From Bacillota bacterium (GTDB lineage Bacteria > Pseudomonadota > Gammaproteobacteria > Natronospirales > REEB76): DNA of 64,000 bases. Position numbers and translations under genes: made by a program. The notes under the pieces are model-generated. The model did not search any database, was not told the DNA's origin, and saw only the letters and a list, made by a program, of their open reading frames with translations. The stretch is taken from NCBI GenBank assembly GCA_050261675.1, contig JBLNDO010000023.1, positions 74,261 to 138,260 on the forward strand, in the 5' to 3' direction. Below are positions 52,140 through 61,409 of the stretch, one piece after another (position 1 is the stretch's first letter; each line of letters starts with the position of its first letter).

Positions 52140-53467
52140 GCCGCGGCAGGCCGGGAGGCATCGCCGGACGGCGCGATGGATGCGTGCGACACGGCGATAT
52201 TCCGGGCCGCTATGGCGAGACCCGCGATGTAATAGAAATAGAACTGATAGGCATCCGGATAGAAAAAAGCCGCTACCACGAACCCCGCGAGGCTCACTCC
52301 CAGGCCCTGGGTTAGGCAGTGGAGGTCGAAGACATCAGGGTCCGCGGCCGAGGCGCGATGCGCCTCGCCGATCCCCCTCACGACGGTGCGCAACAGCAGG
52401 AGAAACAGCACGAGCCCGGGTAGTCCCAGGTCCGCCGCATATTCAAGATAGACGTCGTGCACTTCCGTCCAGGTTGCACCGCGTGCTTCGTTCAGTGCCA
52501 GGATGTTCATGCCCAGGCCGGCACCCGTCAGCGGGTGGCTCGCCACGAACTTCATGGCTTCGATTGAATCGCCGAGCCGGGCCTGGGCCGAGCCGGTCTC
52601 GTCGGCCTGTATGTCGGTGATGGTCCCCAGGCGATCGAGATAAGCGGATGGCAGCAGCGGCACGCACAACAGCGCGCCGCCTATGACGACCGCCGCCAGC
52701 ATGCGCTGCCGCCGCTTGACGAGGATGTAGAGGTACGCAAAGCACACCACCCCGAGAGTGAGAAAGCCGGCGCGGGAGAAGGTGGCGATGATCGCGATGG
52801 CATCCAGGCACACGGTGCCCGCCAGCAGCCAACGCAACGCCGGCCGGCGGGTGATAAATATGAGAGCCGCGGTCAGCGGCAGTATCAGGTTCAACATCAG
52901 CGCAAGATCGTTGGGGTTGCCGGTCAGCGCCACACCGTAGCCCTGGATGCGATCCAGGCCATGAGACAGCTCCTCGCTGTGGAATCCACCGGAAAAGAAA
53001 CTCCGGACGGCAGAGGCGGACAGGGGGACGGCGATCAGGCTCAGGATCCAGGCCGTGGCCTTTAGCTTCGGCACACTGTCGACCGCGTTCGCCAGCAGCC
53101 AGAAAACCACCAGCGCCTTGAAATATATTTCACCGAACATCGCCAGGCTGCCGCCCGGCCAATAGGACAGCGGCACGCCCGCGAGCGCCCACGCCGCGAG
53201 ACAGATCACGAGCACAGTATCAGTGGTGAACCGCAGGACCGCCTCGCGCCGGTATAACCGGGTAAACACATAGGCCGCGCCTGCGAGCCCGGCGCTCAGA
53301 AACGCGAGATGCAGTGGCTCCAGTGCCGGGATGAAATACTGGGGCGCGAGCAACAGTACGATGGTGAACGCCATCAGCGCCCAGAATGGCAGCGCGCCGC
53401 CCAGGCCCGTCCGCGGCGCGACAGGTGTGGACGCTCGCCACCAGGCGGTTTCGGTTCCGACGGACAT
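52136..53467 (-). CDS. Wzy/O-antigen-ligase-like polymerase
   Basis: 443-aa polytopic membrane protein (about 10 or more TM segments) with a large loop (SRAGFLTLGV...RLGDSIEAMKFVASHPLTGAGLG) typical of the Wzy_C family. Confidence 0.7.
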   Translation of the reverse strand: MSVGTETAWWRASTPVAPRTGLGGALPFWALMAFTIVLLLAPQYFIPALEPLHLAFLSAGLAGAAYVFTRLYRREAVLRFTTDTVLVICLAAWALAGVPLSYWPGGSLAMFGEIYFKALVVFWLLANAVDSVPKLKATAWILSLIAVPLSASAVRSFFSGGFHSEELSHGLDRIQGYGVALTGNPNDLALMLNLILPLTAALIFITRRPALRWLLAGTVCLDAIAIIATFSRAGFLTLGVVCFAYLYILVKRRQRMLAAVVIGGALLCVPLLPSAYLDRLGTITDIQADETGSAQARLGDSIEAMKFVASHPLTGAGLGMNILALNEARGATWTEVHDVYLEYAADLGLPGLVLFLLLLRTVVRGIGEAHRASAADPDVFDLHCLTQGLGVSLAGFVVAAFFYPDAYQFYFYYIAGLAIAARNIAVSHASIAPSGDASRPAAA

Positions 53468-53495
53468 CAGCGGTACTCCTAGTTGCGCTCACGGA

Positions 53496-54806
53496 TCACA
53501 GGCGTATGACCTCCGCCTTGGTCTCGTGGATGCCCCAGGTGGCGTTGCGCGTGTCGACCACCAGGGACGCGGCATCGGCGATGTGGCGGTAATCGAACTC
53601 CCGATGGTCGGTCAGGATCAGGACGCAGTCGGAAGACCTGATGCGCTCGTCATCGGCGGCCACGGCCGTAAGCCGCGTCCCATTGAACGCCACGGTGGGG
53701 ACATGCGGATCCGCGTAGCTGACATCGGCGCCTTTCTGGCGCAACTGGTCTATCACTTCAAGCGCGGGGGATTCGCGCACATCGCCGACCCCAGGCTTGT
53801 ACGCCACTCCGAGCGCCAGAACCTTCGCCCCGTTGATGGAGCGCTGCCGCTGGTTCAGGGCGTCCGTGATCATCTGCACCACCCGCGCGGGCATCGACTG
53901 GTTGATCTCCTCTGCCAGATGGATGAACCGCGCGTCGTAGCCGTTGAGTCGCATCTTCCAGGCAAGATAGGCCGAATCGATGCCGATACAGTGCCCGCCC
54001 ACCCCCGGTCCCGGATGGAACGGCATGAAGCCAAAGGGCTTGGTGGCGGCAGCGTCGATGACCTCGCGGGTGTTGACCCCGAGGCGGCGGCACATGAGGG
54101 CCAGTTCGTTGGCAAGCGCGATGTTCACGTTGCGGAACACGTTCTCGTAGAGCTTGGCCATTTCCGCCACGCGCGGGCTCGACACTTCGAGGACTTTCGG
54201 CACGATTTTCGAATATAGAAGCGCCGCAATTCGCGAGCATTCCCGGGTAACGCCGCCGACGACTTTGGGAATGTCGCGCACCTTGAATAGGGGATTCGCG
54301 GGGTCGATACGCTCCGGCGAGAACGCCAGGAAGAAATCGACACCCGCCTCGCCGCCGTTTCCGGAATACATCGGCAGCAGTATTTCCTCCGTGGTACCCG
54401 GATAGGTAGTGGACTCCAGCACTACCAGCTGTCCCGGATGCAGGCGCTGGCTCACTTCAGACGCAGCAGCCATCACGTAAGAGATGTCCGGATCCTTGGT
54501 CTTGCGTAGCGGGGTCGGCACGCAGATGATCGCCACATCGGCCCGAGACAACACCTCGAAATCGGTGGTCGCCGCATAGCGGCCAGCGTCCCGCATGCCT
54601 TTCAAGTCCGCGTCTGCAACGTCGTCGATTGGGGAGCAGCCTCGGTTCAGATCTGCGACCTTTTCGTGGCTCGTGTCGAGTCCCGTAACCTTGAAACCGC
54701 TTCGCGCGAACTCCATCGCGAGCGGCAGGCCAACGTAACCCTGGCCGATGACGACGATATGGGCGGCGCGCTTCTCTATGCGCTCAGACAAGGCTTGTGC
54801 GTTCAT
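53496..54806 (-). CDS. UDP-N-acetylhexosamine 6-dehydrogenase-like (TviB/WbpA/WecC family)
   Basis: Start ATG 54806. Rossmann motif VIGQGYVGLPLAMEFA and catalytic region GGHCIGID. Confidence 0.85.
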   Translation of the reverse strand: MNAQALSERIEKRAAHIVVIGQGYVGLPLAMEFARSGFKVTGLDTSHEKVADLNRGCSPIDDVADADLKGMRDAGRYAATTDFEVLSRADVAIICVPTPLRKTKDPDISYVMAAASEVSQRLHPGQLVVLESTTYPGTTEEILLPMYSGNGGEAGVDFFLAFSPERIDPANPLFKVRDIPKVVGGVTRECSRIAALLYSKIVPKVLEVSSPRVAEMAKLYENVFRNVNIALANELALMCRRLGVNTREVIDAAATKPFGFMPFHPGPGVGGHCIGIDSAYLAWKMRLNGYDARFIHLAEEINQSMPARVVQMITDALNQRQRSINGAKVLALGVAYKPGVGDVRESPALEVIDQLRQKGADVSYADPHVPTVAFNGTRLTAVAADDERIRSSDCVLILTDHREFDYRHIADAASLVVDTRNATWGIHETKAEVIRL

Positions 54807-54817
54807 TTCGGTGGTCC

Positions 54818-55888
54818 TTATGCCGCCAGGTTCAGCAGTGCCCTGGCAAGTTTGATGGGATGGTGGCGCGCCTTGCTTGCATCGCCGAGAAGATCGCATC
54901 CCACGACGCGATAACCCAGTGATTCGATCCGCACGACGTCAGCAGCGATGGGTGCGGCGCCCCGTGCGGCATAGCGCCGCACATGCTCCGTCGACAAGGC
55001 CGTGTTGTTGAGCAATACGTCATGGATAGGCAATTCGGGCGCGTGCTCGCGCAAGGCGATGAGCATGTCCGAAGCGCTATAGCCGTCGGTCTCGCCCGGT
55101 TCCGTCATGAGGTTCATCACCACGACCACCCGTGCGCCCGAAGCGGCGATGGCGCGGGCCATGCCCTGCACCAGCAGCACCGGTATGAGACTGGTATAGA
55201 GGCTACCCGGCCCAATCACGACGAGATTCGAGGCGGCGATCGCTTCCAATACCTGCGGCAGCGCCCGCGTGCCAGGCGGCAACAACGAAATACGCTGGAT
55301 GCGGCGCCGCGCGGCGGCGATGCGGGACTCACCCTTGCGGCGGCTCCCGTCCACGTATTCCGCCTCCAGCTCTACATCGTCCGCTGTTGCCGGCAACACT
55401 TGGCCACGGACTGCGAGCAGCCGCGCAGCGCGCTCGATGCCGCGGTTGAAGTCCTTTTCCAGGAGGGTGAGCGCGGTGAGCATGAGGTTGCCCAGGCTGT
55501 GTCCGCCGACCGTTCCGTCGAAGCGAAAATCAAACAGCGCCCGAAGCGTGGGGTCTGCGTCGGACAATGCCAGCAGGCAGTTGCGGATGTCGCCCGGTGC
55601 GAGCATGTTGAATTGACGCCGCAGGTCGCCGGAACTGCCGCCGTCGTCGGCGACCGTGACTACGGCGGTGAGCCGCCCGTCCTTCACCCCGTTCGGCCCC
55701 TCCTCGGGGAAATGCAAGGCGCGCATCCCCTGCAGCAGAACCGCAAGCCCCGTGCCGCCGCCGAGCGCGATGATCCGCGCCGTCGGCAAAGGTGCCTCGA
55801 CACCCGGCTGCGTGACATCGGGCCTTGTCGAATGTCCAAGCGCTGTTTCAAGCATCGTCAACCGCCCGCTGCCCGGATTTACATGCAA
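54818..55888 (-). CDS. YvcK/CofD-family (UPF0052) protein
   Basis: Signatures are IIALGGGTGLAVLL, VTVADDGGSSGDLRR and PGDIRNCL. Start uncertain (55888 or 55855). Confidence 0.75.
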   Translation of the reverse strand: MHVNPGSGRLTMLETALGHSTRPDVTQPGVEAPLPTARIIALGGGTGLAVLLQGMRALHFPEEGPNGVKDGRLTAVVTVADDGGSSGDLRRQFNMLAPGDIRNCLLALSDADPTLRALFDFRFDGTVGGHSLGNLMLTALTLLEKDFNRGIERAARLLAVRGQVLPATADDVELEAEYVDGSRRKGESRIAAARRRIQRISLLPPGTRALPQVLEAIAASNLVVIGPGSLYTSLIPVLLVQGMARAIAASGARVVVVMNLMTEPGETDGYSASDMLIALREHAPELPIHDVLLNNTALSTEHVRRYAARGAAPIAADVVRIESLGYRVVGCDLLGDASKARHHPIKLARALLNLAA

Positions 55889-55903
55889 ATACGCGTCCCG
55901 TTT

Positions 55904-57067
55904 TCAGGGAGCATGACTGAGATTGCGTGAAGCGAGGTCGGCGCCGCGACGCGAGGCAGGCCGGCGGTGCTTGGATTGCAGCGCTTGTGCGAGGCCCGGT
56001 AACACGGGCGCGGGTTCGGGCGCTGCGGCCTCGAGTTCCGGCCCCGGCGTCGGCAGAGGGACTCGTGCGGGGTGGTGGGGTCCCAGAAAAACGACCTTGA
56101 CCGTCTCGAGGAATATGCGCAGATCCAGCAAGGGCGAATAGTGCTTGATGTAATACAAGTCGTAACGCAGTTTTTCCATCTCTTCATCCAAGCCGTTGGC
56201 GTACTTGTAACGCACCTGCGCCCACCCGGTGATGCCAGGGCGGATCGAAGAGCGCAACGAGTAATACGGGATCTGTTCGCCGCACTGCGGCGTATTCCGC
56301 GATACCAGGATGAAGAGCTCGCGATTGCTCACCGGGTGTGGACGCGGACCCACGAGGTTCATGTCGCCGCGTATGACGTTGACGAACTGTGGCAATTCAT
56401 CCAGCCTGAACTTCCGTATCCAGCGGCCGACGCGCGTGATCCGGTCAGCGTTGTCTTCGACCCATTCGCTGTGGGGGCGGGTCGTTTCACGCATGCTGCG
56501 GAACTTGAGGAGCTTGAAGCGCCGTCCGCCCAGGCCGACCCTGTCCTGCACGAACAGCACGGAGCCGCGAGATTCGATCCGTATGAGCGCCGCGATGAGC
56601 CCCATGGCCGGCAGGCACAGGACGAACCCCAGGCAGGCGAACAGGACACTGGTCATACGGGCGAACAGCAAGGCCGCCCGCGCCGGGCGGAACTCGCTCG
56701 AGAAAAGCACCGTCCCCGCGGGCAGGGACTCGATGGCAAGCTTGCCCGTGAGCCTTTCGTAGGCTTCGACGCCGCTTTCCACCACCAACTTGCTGTCGGC
56801 CTGGCTCTCCACCAACAGGTCCGCGGGCAGGTTCCCGTGCTGCTCATCGGGGGCCACGACGATCCGCTCCGGAGACCAGTCCGCGAGGATGCATTGCAGG
56901 TCCTCCACCGTTCCGAGGTGCGGGCACGCGAAGCCGCCGAGGTCTGCGTCCTTCGCCTCGCTGATGACGCCCAAGACCTGGTAGCGGCCCGGACCGCGGC
57001 GCAGGCATTCTGCCGCTATTTCACGGGCCAACATGCCGGTGCCTAGAATGATCACGCGTTCGGTCAT
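55904..57067 (-). CDS. Polyprenyl-phosphate sugar-phosphate transferase (priming glycosyltransferase, Bac_transf family)
   Basis: C-terminal catalytic domain reads KFRSM...DELPQFVNVIRGDMNLVGPRPH...PGITGWAQV...YDLYYIKHYS. Confidence 0.85.
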   Translation of the reverse strand: MTERVIILGTGMLAREIAAECLRRGPGRYQVLGVISEAKDADLGGFACPHLGTVEDLQCILADWSPERIVVAPDEQHGNLPADLLVESQADSKLVVESGVEAYERLTGKLAIESLPAGTVLFSSEFRPARAALLFARMTSVLFACLGFVLCLPAMGLIAALIRIESRGSVLFVQDRVGLGGRRFKLLKFRSMRETTRPHSEWVEDNADRITRVGRWIRKFRLDELPQFVNVIRGDMNLVGPRPHPVSNRELFILVSRNTPQCGEQIPYYSLRSSIRPGITGWAQVRYKYANGLDEEMEKLRYDLYYIKHYSPLLDLRIFLETVKVVFLGPHHPARVPLPTPGPELEAAAPEPAPVLPGLAQALQSKHRRPASRRGADLASRNLSHAP

Positions 57068-57084
57068 GCTCGTCTCTGACGGGG

Positions 57085-58020
57085 TCAGCGGGGTTGTTTC
57101 ATCAGCGGCGGCGGGTTGCGTCGCCCATTTCGGGACGCCCCCTCGCGTGGCACGGTGTACCCGCGCCCGCGCTTCGCCGTGGGCTTGCCGTAACCGTAAT
57201 AGCCGTAGTAACGGCGCGGCATCAGGTCGGAGCCGTTGAAGACGATCCCCAGAAGCTTCTCGGACCCCATCAAGTTGAGGGCCTCTTCCAGCATGCTGCG
57301 GGGCGTTCGATGCGCGGCGACCACCATCAGGACGCCGTCCACCTGCTTCGCGATGACGCGGCTGTCGGACACCGGCACCGCCGGCGGCGCGTCGAGGATC
57401 ACATAGTCGTAGCTTCGCTGCGCCTCTGCGAGTAACGCACCGAAACGCGGAGAGCGGAGCACTTCGTACGGGGCTGCCGGGGCGTGCGTGCCGGTGAAAA
57501 CCACGCTGAGGTTGGAACCGGGTAGCTGTCTCGCAACGTGGCGCAACGACAGTGACCCGTTGAGAACGACGTCGGTAACCCCCTTCCCGTCCGTCTTGCC
57601 GGGCCGCAGGCTGGCCTTGAGGCTGGCGGATTCGCGCCTCAGATCCACGTCCATGAGCAGCACTCCTACGCTGGTCGCCTGGGCGAGTGCCGCGGCCAGG
57701 TTGAGGGCGGTGAGCGATTTGCCGTCCCCGGCTGCGGGGCTGCAGACGGCGATGGAGAACCCCCGGCTGGGGACGCGCTTTTCTTCCAGCACGTAGCGCA
57801 GCATCCGGTACTGCTCGGCTTCGAAGCAGTCCGGGTCCGCAAGGCTTACCACGTGCCGGTCGATGCGCCTGGGCACGAGTTCGTGCTGCCCGCGCTCCAC
57901 GACCGGCTTCGACCCGGCTGATTTCCCGACTGCGGGCGATCCCGCGGGGATCGACTCATTCGGTATGGTGCTGGCATTGTTTTCAGTCACGGCGAGATTC
58001 CATTGCTTCACGTCGCTCAC
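57085..58020 (-). CDS. BY-kinase-type ATPase (chain-length regulator tyrosine kinase)
   Basis: Walker A (SPAAGDGKSLTALNLA), A' (VLLMDVDLRR) and B (YVILDAPP), plus a C-terminal tyrosine cluster (RRYYGYYGYG). The start (GTG 58020, 1 nt after the upstream stop) is uncertain. Confidence 0.75.
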   Translation of the reverse strand: MSDVKQWNLAVTENNASTIPNESIPAGSPAVGKSAGSKPVVERGQHELVPRRIDRHVVSLADPDCFEAEQYRMLRYVLEEKRVPSRGFSIAVCSPAAGDGKSLTALNLAAALAQATSVGVLLMDVDLRRESASLKASLRPGKTDGKGVTDVVLNGSLSLRHVARQLPGSNLSVVFTGTHAPAAPYEVLRSPRFGALLAEAQRSYDYVILDAPPAVPVSDSRVIAKQVDGVLMVVAAHRTPRSMLEEALNLMGSEKLLGIVFNGSDLMPRRYYGYYGYGKPTAKRGRGYTVPREGASRNGRRNPPPLMKQPR

Positions 58021-58021
58021 C

Positions 58022-59509
58022 TCACGAATGGTGTCGCGACAGAGACCAGACGAGCGCCTGGTTCCCATGGCCCACGAAATGGGATACACCCGCCACGACG
58101 CCGAGCGCCACGACCAACGAAGCCGCGGCGGTGGTGAGCCGCAATCTTCGTTTCCATACATCGCGTGGCGTGACGATCATGGGAATGCTTGCCAACACCG
58201 GTACACGGGTGAACGAGCGCAACTCGTCGACGGTGTGGAAGGACGTGTCGAATTGTTCGGCCGTAAATACCGCCGCTGCCGAAAGTGCCAGGCACAATAT
58301 CAGCCCGATCGCGAGCAGCCGCATCCGGGCCGGGCCCGAGGCATCCGTGGGAACGACGGCGGGTTCCAGGACGCGGTATTGGCCGCCCAGCCCGGCCTGC
58401 GGTGCTTCTGCAAGCCGCGCCTGCTCGTAGCGCTTGAGCAGGGAGGAATAGACGTCCTGGGTTTCGTTGTATCCCTGCGTCAGGGCCTGAAGTTGCTGGG
58501 AAAGTAGGGGGATATTGTCAATGCGCTGCTGGTAAATGGCGATCTCGCCGCGCAGGCGTTTTTGTTCGGCGGCATAGCCGCCGGGCTCGCCCGCGTGAGC
58601 GTCCGTGGCCGCGCCTGCGGTCTTGTCGCTCCCGTTGGCTTTGGCGCGTTTCAGCGTCGCGATCTGCGTTTCGAGGCGCACCACATCCGGATATCTATCG
58701 GTATAACGCGAGCGTAACGCCGCCAGCTGTTGCTCAAGCTGCGCGAGGTCCGTGGTCTGCGTTTCTGCGGGAGCCACGCCACTGCGGCCATCGGCCAGCA
58801 TCTCGTTGGAGATGCTTTGTTGCAGTTCGGTATTGAGTTGCTGCAAGGTAGCCAGGTTCGCCGCTTCCTGCTGTGGCAACTCGCCGACGTGGGCGGTCTC
58901 GAACGAGTTGACTGCCTGCGCCTGGCTGTCGAGCTTCTGCTTGATCTGGGCAAGCTGCGCCGCCAGGGAGCTCACCGTCTCCGAGGCCTGGCTGGTGCGC
59001 ATCTTGTTGTTTTCGTCTACGTACAAACCAGCCAAGGCGTTCGTCACACGAGCGACGACCTGAGGGTCCCATCCCTGGTAGCTCAAGGTGAAGGCGAAGG
59101 TGGGATCCTGGCCCCATTGTTGTTGGTCTTCGACCTTCCGGTCGAGCCGGATATCGCTGCGCATGCGAGCGAGCACCGTCTCGTTAGACGTTTCACTGCG
59201 CATATGCGGATACAAGCCATACCGCGTGATCAGGTCCAGCAGGCGCTCACGGCTCAAAACCTGCTCGCTCACGGAATCCAGCCGGTTTTGAGGCACGGCC
59301 GCGTCCTGTGGTGCCGGAGCGGTTCCCTGGTTGACGAGGATGGTTGCGGTTGCGGTGTAGACGTCGGGCAGCGAGAACACGAGGCTGCCAACCGCAACGA
59401 ATGCCAGGGTGAATACGCAGATCGCCAGAAATCGCCTGCGCTTCCATAGCACGCTCAGCGTCTCGAGACCTGTACTTGCCTTCCGATGATCATGGAGTGG
59501 TGTCTGCAT
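58022..59509 (-). CDS. Wzz-type polysaccharide chain-length determinant (two TM + long coiled coil)
   Basis: ATG 59509 follows GAGG. N-terminal TM (FLAICVFTLAFVAVGSLVF), then PDVYTATATILV, a long Q/A/L-rich coiled coil and a C-terminal TM (LLAIGLILCLALSAAAVF). Confidence 0.75.
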   Translation of the reverse strand: MQTPLHDHRKASTGLETLSVLWKRRRFLAICVFTLAFVAVGSLVFSLPDVYTATATILVNQGTAPAPQDAAVPQNRLDSVSEQVLSRERLLDLITRYGLYPHMRSETSNETVLARMRSDIRLDRKVEDQQQWGQDPTFAFTLSYQGWDPQVVARVTNALAGLYVDENNKMRTSQASETVSSLAAQLAQIKQKLDSQAQAVNSFETAHVGELPQQEAANLATLQQLNTELQQSISNEMLADGRSGVAPAETQTTDLAQLEQQLAALRSRYTDRYPDVVRLETQIATLKRAKANGSDKTAGAATDAHAGEPGGYAAEQKRLRGEIAIYQQRIDNIPLLSQQLQALTQGYNETQDVYSSLLKRYEQARLAEAPQAGLGGQYRVLEPAVVPTDASGPARMRLLAIGLILCLALSAAAVFTAEQFDTSFHTVDELRSFTRVPVLASIPMIVTPRDVWKRRLRLTTAAASLVVALGVVAGVSHFVGHGNQALVWSLSRHHS

Positions 59510-59528
59510 GAACGTCGCCTCGCCGCCT

Positions 59529-60161
59529 CTAAGGGACCATGATGATGTCGCCGGGGTGGACGTAGAAGAGTTCGTCACCGCCCTGCTTCGACACTGCCGC
59601 GTTGTAATCGAAGACGATGCGTTTTTTGACGCCACCTTCGTCTCGCAGGATCACGATGTTCGACGCCGAAGCGAACGGGCTGAGTCCTCCGGCCTGCGCC
59701 AGCACGTCCAGCACTGTTGACTGGCCTTTGAGTTCGTAACGGCCCGGTGTCTTGACTTCGCCTAATACGGAAACCGCAAAGCTGTGGACCTCCTGAACGA
59801 CCACAGACACTTCCGGATCCGCCATGTATTGCTTGAGCTTCTCGCCCAGGCTTTTCTGCAGCTGCATGGGCGTTTGCCCGCTGGCCTGAACATCGCTAAG
59901 GAGCGGATAGGAAATCATCCCGTCCGGCCTCACTGTCACGACACGATCCAGGCTGTTATCTTTCCACACGGAAATGTGCAACACGTCGCCGGGACCTATG
60001 AGATATTCCGCGGCGGCGCACGTTTCCCCACGGCAGGGCGCGCTCGCGGGCGACGCTGGGTCAGCCGAGCAGGCCTGCAACTGCCAGGCAAGCAGCGGAC
60101 AGGCGACGAGATACACGAACAATCGTGACCGCACGCTTCCTCCTGTTTTCACCTTCGACAT
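59529..60161 (-). CDS. Wza-like polysaccharide export lipoprotein (Poly_export + SLBB)
   Basis: Lipobox LQA|C. Motifs are YLIGPGDVLHISVW, RPDGMISYPL and VLGEVKTPGRYEL. Confidence 0.85.
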   Translation of the reverse strand: MSKVKTGGSVRSRLFVYLVACPLLAWQLQACSADPASPASAPCRGETCAAAEYLIGPGDVLHISVWKDNSLDRVVTVRPDGMISYPLLSDVQASGQTPMQLQKSLGEKLKQYMADPEVSVVVQEVHSFAVSVLGEVKTPGRYELKGQSTVLDVLAQAGGLSPFASASNIVILRDEGGVKKRIVFDYNAAVSKQGGDELFYVHPGDIIMVP

Positions 60162-60163
60162 GG

Positions 60164-61351
60164 TCAGTGCCTCGGTGCCGGCCAGAGCGTTTCGAAGGGC
60201 GAGCTTTGGCGCTCCGCAAAATTCCCCGTGGTTGTCGGGAACGAGAACACCAGCCCCAGGTAAACGACACGATCCAGGATCTCGGGATTGCCGATGCCGC
60301 CCAACAAGCCGCGCTGGCGATTGAATTGGTACGACCCGACCGCTGAAGTATCCCGCGCGAGCTTGTAGCTCAGATTGAGGTCAAAGCGCGTTACGTCCGC
60401 CTCTGACGTCCCGGTCTTGTCACTCGAGTAACTTGGGACGAGTTGCAGCTCATAGTCGGCGGCAAACTTGAAATCCAGGAGCGCTGTTGCGGTCTTTATG
60501 TCCACCGTTCCCGCTTGCCCGATCACCACGCTCTTGCTGCGAACATAATCGAGGGAAAGATTCCCGGTCTCGAGGGTATGCCTCAGCCCGGCGTGGGCAT
60601 CGACGGACCACGATCCTTCCGTATCGCGCGGCCCCACCGCGAGGATCACGCTGGTGTCGGGGCTGAGTGCGTGTGTCCACCCCCCCACAATCGCCTCGGA
60701 ATCAACCGTGTCCCCGAGTCCGAAGTCGTACTGGGTTCGGGTGTAGTCCATCGTTAGCGTGTCGCGCCGGCTGAGAAGCTGCTCCAACCCTACGTCAGCT
60801 GTATCAACCCGCGTAGTCGGGGTTCCGAAGAGTTCGTAGCGCGTTGCGGTGTAACCCAGGTTGCCGGTCGTAAGTTCGCTGAACGCGTATTTCAGGGACG
60901 GCGTGAGGGTCAGAACCCGGGCATGTTCCCGGCCGGGCTCGACCACGGTGCCCGGCGCCAATTCCGACAGCGAATTGGTGCTGGTGTAATCGCCTTCCAG
61001 TGCCAAACTGAGCCGCGACGAAGCTTGGTAGCGGAGGTTGAGCGCCGCGTTGCGGCGTGCTTCATTGCTGTCGAGCCCGGTGTAATGCGCATAGCGCTCT
61101 GCATCGACGGTATAGAAACTTGCCAGCGTCAGTGTTTCGGACTCAAAGCCGGCCTCAAGTGCGGGGCTGAACCGCCAAAGATAATCTGCTTGCGGGTCCG
61201 TCGGCGTGGAAAATAGGTTGTCGTCATGGGCCCTACCGATGGAAAACGCAGGGATGACGTAAAAACTCGTATCCCCGAATGCCCGTGTGGCCGGCACGAC
61301 GGCACAAACCGCGATGGAGAAGGCTGCCCAACGGGCGCACGCTGATGCCAT
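60164..61351 (-). CDS. Predicted outer-membrane beta-barrel protein (EPS-export associated)
   Basis: Signal peptide (AAFSIAVCAVVPATRAFG|D). Many amphipathic beta-strand-like segments are rich in Y/F/T/L (LNLRYQASSRLSLALEGDYT, LDFKFAADYELQLVPSYS). It sits directly upstream of the Wza-like gene. Confidence 0.5.
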   Translation of the reverse strand: MASACARWAAFSIAVCAVVPATRAFGDTSFYVIPAFSIGRAHDDNLFSTPTDPQADYLWRFSPALEAGFESETLTLASFYTVDAERYAHYTGLDSNEARRNAALNLRYQASSRLSLALEGDYTSTNSLSELAPGTVVEPGREHARVLTLTPSLKYAFSELTTGNLGYTATRYELFGTPTTRVDTADVGLEQLLSRRDTLTMDYTRTQYDFGLGDTVDSEAIVGGWTHALSPDTSVILAVGPRDTEGSWSVDAHAGLRHTLETGNLSLDYVRSKSVVIGQAGTVDIKTATALLDFKFAADYELQLVPSYSSDKTGTSEADVTRFDLNLSYKLARDTSAVGSYQFNRQRGLLGGIGNPEILDRVVYLGLVFSFPTTTGNFAERQSSPFETLWPAPRH

Positions 61352-61409
61352 GGGTATCCCTTGTTTTTACGGCTGCCATCCGCAATGCCGCGGGATTCCT
61401 GCCAATAGT

